Position numbers and translations under genes: made by a program. A model generated the notes under the pieces. That model saw only the letters and a list, made by a program, of their open reading frames with translations, searched no databases and was not told where the DNA came from. 51,584 nucleotides of DNA from Candidatus Nanohalarchaeota archaeon (GTDB lineage: Archaea > EX4484-52): positions 1 to 51,584 of the forward strand of contig QMVB01000001.1 in the NCBI GenBank assembly GCA_003660905.1. The letters are read 5' to 3'. This document shows, piece after piece, positions 45,527-51,584 of this stretch. The stretch's first letter is position 1. Each line of letters begins with the position of its first letter.

Positions 45527-47959
45527 ATGAAAGAAGAATTTCCGGGCAGGTATGATTCAAAAACGTGCGAGGAAAAATACATAAAGTATTGGTCTGAAAA
45601 CAGAATTTACAAATTTAATAAAAAAGATGCGAAGAGAAAGGTATATTCTATTGACACTCCTCCGCCGACAGTTTCGGGGAAAATGCATCTCGGTCATGCT
45701 TTTTCATATTCGCAGATGGACTTTATTGCAAGATACAAGAGGATGAAAGGATACAATGTATTTTACCCATTTGGAACAGATGACAACGGTCTGGCAACAA
45801 TAATACTTGTTGAAAAAATAAATAAAACGAGAGCAAAGAATATGACAAGGGCTGAATTTACAGAGCTTTGCCTGAAAACCCTTGAGGAAATAAGACCAAA
45901 ATATATAATGGATATAAAAAGAATTGGTCTTTCTGCTGACTTTAATTTGAAATACACCACAATAGATGCGCATTGCAGAAAAATAGCGCAGAAGAGTTTT
46001 ATTGATTTATACAATATCGGCAGGATTTATAGGAAAAAATCGCCTATAATGATTTGCCCGAAATGCAAAACAGCAATTGCGCAGGTTGAACTCGAGGATG
46101 CGGAAAGGGAATCCTATTTAAACTATATAAAAGTCCCTGTAATCGGGACAAAGCAGGAACTGGTTTTTGCAACAACAAGACCGGAACTTCTTCCGGCATG
46201 CATAGGAATTAGTGTTCATCCAAAGGACAAAAGATACAAAGACATAATCGGAAAATATGTAAAGATGCCTATAACCGGAGCAGAGATTGAAGTCACTTCT
46301 GATGAAGAGACAGACATGAATTACGGGACAGGGGTTGTGTATTATTGTAGCTACGGTGGCGTGGAATGCATTGAATGGATGAGCCGGCATCCCGGTGTCA
46401 AATCAATCAACATAATGGGGGTTGATGGAGCATATAACAAAGAAGCAGGAAAATACGAGGGAATGACATCTCTTAAGGCGCGTGAGGAAATAATAAATGA
46501 TTTGAAAAAAACAGGTGCGTTGGTTAAGCAGGAGGCAATAAAGCATATTGTAAATACTCATGAACGCTGCGGGACAGATGTTGAGTTTGTCGCAACAGAG
46601 CAGTGGTTTATTAAATATCTTGATTTAAAGGAAAAATTGCTTAAAGCAGGAGCAAAATTAAACTGGAATCCTGCTTATATGAAAAACAGGCTGGACAACT
46701 GGATAAAAGGGCTGAAATGGGATTGGTGCCTGTCAAGGCAAAAAAAATTCGGCGTTCCGATTCCGCTGTGGTATTGCAAAAAATGCGGAGAGGTTGTCCT
46801 TGCAGACCAGAAACAATTGCCGGTGGATCCTCTTGAAGATAAACCATTAATTAAAAAATGCCCTAAATGCAATTGCACAGAATTTATTCCTGAGGCGGAT
46901 GTCCTCGATACATGGGCGACTTCATCCATGACTCCCCAGATTGCGGCAAGCTTGGTTCCCGATAGATACAAAGATATATATCCTATGGATTTAAGACCGC
47001 AGGCGCATGACATCATTAGTTTCTGGCTATTCAACACCCTTGTAAAATCGCAGTTGCACAGCAAGGTAAATCCGTGGAAAGACGTAATGATAAGCGGCTG
47101 GGCGCTTGACCCAAAAGGGAAAAAGATGAGCAAATCAAAAGGCAATGTAGTTGAGCCGCAGATAATGATTGGAAAATACAGCGCAGATGCGCTTCGCTAC
47201 TGGGCTGCAAAATCAAAGCTCGGCGATGATCTGGCATTCAAGGAAGACGACCTGAGGAATGGAATAAAGCTATGCATAAAGCTATGGAATGCAAGCAGAT
47301 TCACTATCTCTCATTTGAATAAATATAATTTTGGCAAAATAAAAGGCGATAATCATGAGATTATAGATGCATGGATAATTGAAAAGACAAACATTGCGAT
47401 AAAAAAAGCGACAAAGCATCTGGATAATTATGAATATTCAGCGGCAAAAAAAGAAATAGAGATGCTCTTTTACAATTCATTTTGCGACAATTATCTTGAA
47501 TTTATAAAGTACAGGATTTATGATGAACAATTAACAGGCAGCAAAAAGAGCGCATTGATAACCCTGGATTCTGTTCTCTTCAGCATTTTGAAGATGTTTG
47601 CGCCTTTCATTCCTTTCATAACAGAGGAAATTTACCAACTGCATTTTAAGGAAATGAAGAAGCAAAAAAGCATCCATTTGTGCTCATGGCCAAAGGCAGA
47701 GCCGCAAAAAAACGCTTCAAAATGCCTGATGGCAGGAGATTTATTATGCAATATAATTGCGCAGGTAAGGCAGTATAAAAATGGGAATGGCATGTCTCTT
47801 AAAATACCGCTGAAGAGCATCAAAATAACTCTAAAGGCAGAATGTCAAAAACAGGTGATTGAAAAAATAATTAAGGACATAAAGGGCATTGGGATTGTTG
47901 AAAATGTTGTTTTGGATGTTTCAAAAAAACAGAAAGAAAATGTTGTTGTTGAATTTTAA
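45527..47959 (+). CDS. valS: Valyl-tRNA synthetase
   Basis: 810 aa. PPPTVSGKMHLGHAFSY (HIGH-type motif), KMSKSKGN, an editing-domain insertion and a zinc-knuckle CPKC/CKKCG. Confidence 0.85.
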   Translation: MKEEFPGRYDSKTCEEKYIKYWSENRIYKFNKKDAKRKVYSIDTPPPTVSGKMHLGHAFSYSQMDFIARYKRMKGYNVFYPFGTDDNGLATIILVEKINKTRAKNMTRAEFTELCLKTLEEIRPKYIMDIKRIGLSADFNLKYTTIDAHCRKIAQKSFIDLYNIGRIYRKKSPIMICPKCKTAIAQVELEDAERESYLNYIKVPVIGTKQELVFATTRPELLPACIGISVHPKDKRYKDIIGKYVKMPITGAEIEVTSDEETDMNYGTGVVYYCSYGGVECIEWMSRHPGVKSINIMGVDGAYNKEAGKYEGMTSLKAREEIINDLKKTGALVKQEAIKHIVNTHERCGTDVEFVATEQWFIKYLDLKEKLLKAGAKLNWNPAYMKNRLDNWIKGLKWDWCLSRQKKFGVPIPLWYCKKCGEVVLADQKQLPVDPLEDKPLIKKCPKCNCTEFIPEADVLDTWATSSMTPQIAASLVPDRYKDIYPMDLRPQAHDIISFWLFNTLVKSQLHSKVNPWKDVMISGWALDPKGKKMSKSKGNVVEPQIMIGKYSADALRYWAAKSKLGDDLAFKEDDLRNGIKLCIKLWNASRFTISHLNKYNFGKIKGDNHEIIDAWIIEKTNIAIKKATKHLDNYEYSAAKKEIEMLFYNSFCDNYLEFIKYRIYDEQLTGSKKSALITLDSVLFSILKMFAPFIPFITEEIYQLHFKEMKKQKSIHLCSWPKAEPQKNASKCLMAGDLLCNIIAQVRQYKNGNGMSLKIPLKSIKITLKAECQKQVIEKIIKDIKGIGIVENVVLDVSKKQKENVVVEF

Positions 47960-47960
47960 T

Positions 47961-48920
47961 CTACTCCAGCTCCTCAGCCTTATCCACAATCCCGTCATTG
48001 TCTTCATCAAATCCTTTCACTATTTTTGAGAAAATATTTTTATTGTACTGGTTTCCTGCCTCAAATGATTTGAATTTATTTATCAGAAAAAACACGGCTG
48101 CCTCAGTGCCTGTGCTTCTGCGCCCGCCAAGGACAAGAATAGCAGAGTATTTGTTGAATGGGTTTATTATTTTTTCTATAAAGCCGCAATTTTCATCGCT
48201 GTATTTTTTCCTGGATATTGCTGAATAAAGAGCATAGTAGAAATCATCTTTTTTTAGGAATTTTACCGCAAGATGCCGGTTTATGAGCGCAGTGGTTTTA
48301 TTTATGGCAGGGCCGCCGATTATTATCAAATTTTTTTTCAGGTCGTTTTCTGTCATATCTATGTCGTATTTTACATTGGACAGGGAGACAGAGCAGGATT
48401 TTGAAAAAGAGCCGGCAAATAGGGCAATAAGAATTGCAAGCTTCTCATCCTCTGCTTTTGCCATCTGCTTTCCGTGGTGCATTGGGGCGCCCAAAACAAA
48501 TATGGTGTTTGAAAAACTGTTTTTTGAAAAAACTGAAAGAGGGTTTTCTTTGCCTTCGGTTTTTGTTTTTTCTGCATCTTTCTTTTTCCACAGGACAAAA
48601 GCGCCGTCCGATGTAGCTGAAAAATACCTTGCAGTCAATCCGCCATAAGTCTTCTCGCCTACAACATCAACCAGCCCTGCTTTTTTCAGGTTGTTTACGT
48701 AATAATAGACTTTTTGCTCATTCATGCCCAGAACCCGGGCAATTTCTTTTGGATACATTTCCTTTTCAGACAAAATTTCAAGAATATTTATTGCATTGGC
48801 AGACAGTATTTTTGTGTTTTTAGAGTCCAACTCTTTTAGTAAAAAAGGAGTTCTATCTGCCTCATTTTTTTTTAGCAGACATAAATTATTCAATTTCATA
48901 CAATACTTTAGATATAACAT
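47961..48920 (-). CDS. ArsR-like winged-helix protein with uncharacterised C-terminal domain
   Basis: The N-terminal segment NILEILSEKEMYPKEIARVLGMNEQKVYYYVNNLKKAGLV is a wHTH. The C-terminal ~200 aa (IIIGGPAINK..., LVLGGRRSTGTEAA) is unassigned. Confidence 0.6.
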   Translation of the reverse strand: MLYLKYCMKLNNLCLLKKNEADRTPFLLKELDSKNTKILSANAINILEILSEKEMYPKEIARVLGMNEQKVYYYVNNLKKAGLVDVVGEKTYGGLTARYFSATSDGAFVLWKKKDAEKTKTEGKENPLSVFSKNSFSNTIFVLGAPMHHGKQMAKAEDEKLAILIALFAGSFSKSCSVSLSNVKYDIDMTENDLKKNLIIIGGPAINKTTALINRHLAVKFLKKDDFYYALYSAISRKKYSDENCGFIEKIINPFNKYSAILVLGGRRSTGTEAAVFFLINKFKSFEAGNQYNKNIFSKIVKGFDEDNDGIVDKAEELE

Positions 48921-48953
48921 TAAAGAATCTTGCGGTATTCAATTAATCCAGAA

Positions 48954-50342
48954 TTATCTATTGAGCAATCTGCTTTTTTCCCGGAGCATGATTATTGCAG
49001 AAGACAATATCACAAATACAAATCCTGCTGTCTGGATGTCAGGCGTAGATGCAAAAAAAGACGTTTTGGTTGAAGGTATAATTGTAACTTGTTTTTGGAC
49101 ATTTTTAAGCATAGAGTTGTTTTCTGCTTTCACATTTAATATTAATATGCCGTTTCCAACCAGACCGCCATATTGAATGTAGGACACTATTTGAGATTGC
49201 CCGGGAGATAGCTGCACATAAAGATTTGTTTTGTTTAAATCGCTCCTGTGCCCTTCAAACCATCCAAAATTTGTAAGGGGCAGGGGGAAAGAGTCGTCAT
49301 GAGCTATAGTGATGTTGAAAACAATAGCATAGCTGTATTGATTTTGGATAAATATGTTTATTTTTCTTTTTTCGCCAAGATACATAGTGATGGGGGTTTC
49401 ATTAAACTGCGAGGAGTCATCTTCGCCCCTGTCAAATATTACTGAAGCTGAATTTGTGTTTAATGCCATATCCTCGCAGTAAACAACTATCGTATGACTG
49501 CCGGTGAAAGAGACATTTATTGTTTTATTCCAGCTTATATTTTGCATAGTTTTTGGAGTCATAGTCTGCTGAACTCCTCCATCAAGAGAAAACCTGCAAT
49601 TTTGCGTTCTTTCATTGGTTGCGATGAACACATCAATGTTTGGGTCAGCATAGTTTATTGGTTGAGGTGAAATGATAGTAATTGCTGGCGGAGTAGTGTC
49701 TGCTGTATTGTAAATGCATACAGCATGCCCTGTTTCTGTTGCAGATGCAATAGTATCCTTATAGACAAGAGAATTTGTTTTCTTTGCAAGGACAAATAGT
49801 TTGGTTCCTGTACTGCAGCTTTCATCTGTGCTGATGTATGAGTTTAGTTCCTGTCCTTCGATAGGAGGGATGCACAATGTATGCGGGCGATAAAAATCAT
49901 TATAGGTGCCCATAATGGTATGCGGCGTGATTGGAGGAACTTCATCAAACATCAGGGATATATTTACAAAACCCCTGTCGCATACAAAAGCATCTGGATT
50001 TGTGTTGTAAAAATCAGGATAATCACAATGTTCGGTATGATATATGTTGCATCCGGATGTCGGATTCTGCCAGTAATCTCTTCTGGGTATTATGCCATAG
50101 TTTGCATCGGCAATATTTAATGACAGCCCTTTGCAGCAGAGAGCATAATCATACAAGGAGTCATTAAAACGCATAATGGATGTTCCGTTTTCCCTTTCAA
50201 AAGAGACAATTGGTAATTCTCCTGCATTGCATGGGATATGCCTAAATTCACAATCGATAGAAAATCCAGGCAGTCCTGAAAAAAGAACGAATGCAACAAA
50301 AGCAATCAACAATATTTTTTTCATATATATTTTTGAAAACAA
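48954..50342 (-). CDS. Secreted/anchored Cys-containing surface protein
   Basis: 462 aa. Leader MKKILLIAFVAFVLFSGLPG, a Cys-rich N-terminal domain, Ig-like regions and a C-terminal TM helix (AGFVFVILSSAIIML). Confidence 0.6.
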   Translation of the reverse strand: MFSKIYMKKILLIAFVAFVLFSGLPGFSIDCEFRHIPCNAGELPIVSFERENGTSIMRFNDSLYDYALCCKGLSLNIADANYGIIPRRDYWQNPTSGCNIYHTEHCDYPDFYNTNPDAFVCDRGFVNISLMFDEVPPITPHTIMGTYNDFYRPHTLCIPPIEGQELNSYISTDESCSTGTKLFVLAKKTNSLVYKDTIASATETGHAVCIYNTADTTPPAITIISPQPINYADPNIDVFIATNERTQNCRFSLDGGVQQTMTPKTMQNISWNKTINVSFTGSHTIVVYCEDMALNTNSASVIFDRGEDDSSQFNETPITMYLGEKRKINIFIQNQYSYAIVFNITIAHDDSFPLPLTNFGWFEGHRSDLNKTNLYVQLSPGQSQIVSYIQYGGLVGNGILILNVKAENNSMLKNVQKQVTIIPSTKTSFFASTPDIQTAGFVFVILSSAIIMLREKSRLLNR

Positions 50343-50407
50343 ACTATAAAAACATTACTTGTTTCCTCATGAATTAAGGTATTTAAATGTTAATGTATGT
50401 TTAGTAT

Positions 50408-51262
50408 ATGAAAAAAAGCTATGCAATCTATGCTGCATTGATAATATTGATTTTAATTTCCGGATGCAACGAAAGCACTGTTGTGCAAACTCCGGGCGGT
50501 GTGGACATTGTGGATTTTTCACCACTTCCCGGGACAGTTTTGTCTGGGGAGGACGTAAAACTGATTTATGAAATCCAGAACAATGGGGATTATGATGCAG
50601 ATATATCATTGTACATTCAGCAAATTGATGATGGCGAATGGGGTTTGACAGATACTGACAGGGAAGTTCTTTCTCTTGCAAAAAAGCAGGATGCAGTTGA
50701 AGGAGGAAAAGAAATTGGTTTTTTCCAGTTGACGGCGCCGGAAATTGACAGAAACACGAAACAGACCTATGGTGCAGAACTTAAAATGTGCTATCCTTAT
50801 ACGACGAAGACAGTATTCCGGTACGAAATTATAAATTCATTTGAAAAGCAAAAGGAAATTGAGCGGGGGAAATACGCCAAGAAACTGCCTTTTTTCAAAA
50901 ATTCAATATCTCCCTTACTGGTTTATTCATTGACAAAAGAGCCGCTTTTCGCAGGAAATAACAAGGCAATAATTTCCTTTAAGGTAAAGAATGAAAAAAG
51001 AGGAATGCTTGTGGATTCAACCACATGCGAGCAGAATCCCGATGCGACAGATTTTAATGAATTTCCGTTTGACATAACATCAGCAGACAGCGACATTGCA
51101 ATAGATTGCGATGAAGAAAAGATAAGGCTGGTGGATGACAGCGCAATATTTTATTGCACTTTGACCGGGATATCAGGCAAAACTTCAGTTACCCTTACGC
51201 TCGAGAGCAATTATTGCTATTACCAGACAAAGGAGGCAAGGATTGTTGTCAGAGGAATTTGA
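50408..51262 (+). CDS. Putative lipobox-bearing secreted protein
   Basis: 284 aa. The leader MKKSYAIYAALIILILISGC ends in a lipobox-like SGC. Has a CARDB-like segment (LSGEDVKLIYEIQNNGDYDA). Confidence 0.55.
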   Translation: MKKSYAIYAALIILILISGCNESTVVQTPGGVDIVDFSPLPGTVLSGEDVKLIYEIQNNGDYDADISLYIQQIDDGEWGLTDTDREVLSLAKKQDAVEGGKEIGFFQLTAPEIDRNTKQTYGAELKMCYPYTTKTVFRYEIINSFEKQKEIERGKYAKKLPFFKNSISPLLVYSLTKEPLFAGNNKAIISFKVKNEKRGMLVDSTTCEQNPDATDFNEFPFDITSADSDIAIDCDEEKIRLVDDSAIFYCTLTGISGKTSVTLTLESNYCYYQTKEARIVVRGI

Positions 51263-51274
51263 TTTTGGAAGAAT

Positions 51275-51584
51275 ATGGACAATAAACGAATTGCAGTAAT
51301 AAACAAGAAAAAATGCTCCCCGAAAAGATGCGCCCATGAATGCTTTAATTTTTGCCCGAGAGTCAGGGCAGGGGCAGATACGATAAAAATAGGAAGCGAA
51401 CATGCAGAGATTACAGAGGACTTGTGCATAGGATGCGGAATATGCGTAAAAAAATGCCCGTTTGGCGCGATATCTATTGTAAATTTAACGTGCGACTTAG
51501 GGAGCGTCGTCCACCAGTACGGAAAAAACACATTCCGGCTCTATAATATTCCTATGCCGCGAAAAGGAGAGATTGTCGGATTGA
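51275..51584 (+). CDS. abce1: ABCE1 / RNase L inhibitor (5' partial, runs off window)
   Basis: The frame is open to the window end. The product MDNKRIAVINKKKCSPKRCAHECFNFCPRVRAG...CIGCGICVKKCPFGAISIVNL is the diagnostic N-terminal double Fe-S domain of ABCE1. Confidence 0.85.
   Translation, partial: MDNKRIAVINKKKCSPKRCAHECFNFCPRVRAGADTIKIGSEHAEITEDLCIGCGICVKKCPFGAISIVNLTCDLGSVVHQYGKNTFRLYNIPMPRKGEIVGL

Noticed and set aside
1-51584. An alternative genetic code or stop-codon reassignment, prompted by the in-frame TAA at 2154 and TAG at 34229.
   Set aside because: TAA, TAG and TGA each terminate conserved genes at the expected lengths: rps4 and rpl24e end in TAA, Cys-rich paralog 3 in TAG, and tfs and the radical SAM gene in TGA. 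Only two poorly conserved membrane genes are interrupted, which fits pseudogenisation or sequencing error better.

Overview
AT-rich, tightly packed archaeal chromosome segment. Archaeal markers are eL43, eS1, eS28, eL24, TFS, PAN, deoxyhypusine synthase, Trm1, ABCE1, SepF and an archaeal-type signal peptidase. The small genes, the single-chain PriS-PriL primase and the many surface proteins suggest a DPANN-like, small-genome, possibly host-associated archaeon; this is inference only. I can support about 54 protein genes (three are below the ORF-track cutoff, one runs off the 3' end), 2 tRNAs (Ser-GGA, Val-GAC), one interrupted transporter gene and several repeat families. I recognised no rRNA, CRISPR array, integrase or transposase. 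Housekeeping content: primase, purA/purB, pgk, valS, trm1, dys, pan, a uS13-uS4-uS11-eS28-eL24 block, uppS and geranylgeranyl reductase. Accessory content: a serpin, a multidomain papain-like protease, several large secreted proteins, scattered type IV pilus-like parts, one clear and one candidate toxin-antitoxin pair. The most unusual items are: (1) three tandem paralogous N-terminally anchored Cys-rich proteins that all carry a C-terminal CCCKC motif, the first packed directly behind GGR-uppS; (2) a 1641-aa protein with two J-domains and HEAT-like repeats, with an orphan grpE and no Hsp70 in the window; (3) 93-bp near-identical inverted repeats bracketing a 5.3-kb segment, plus a dispersed hairpin-repeat family in the few long spacers; (4) a SepF operon with a degenerate ATP-grasp-like protein and a permease-less FtsE/MacB-type ATPase.
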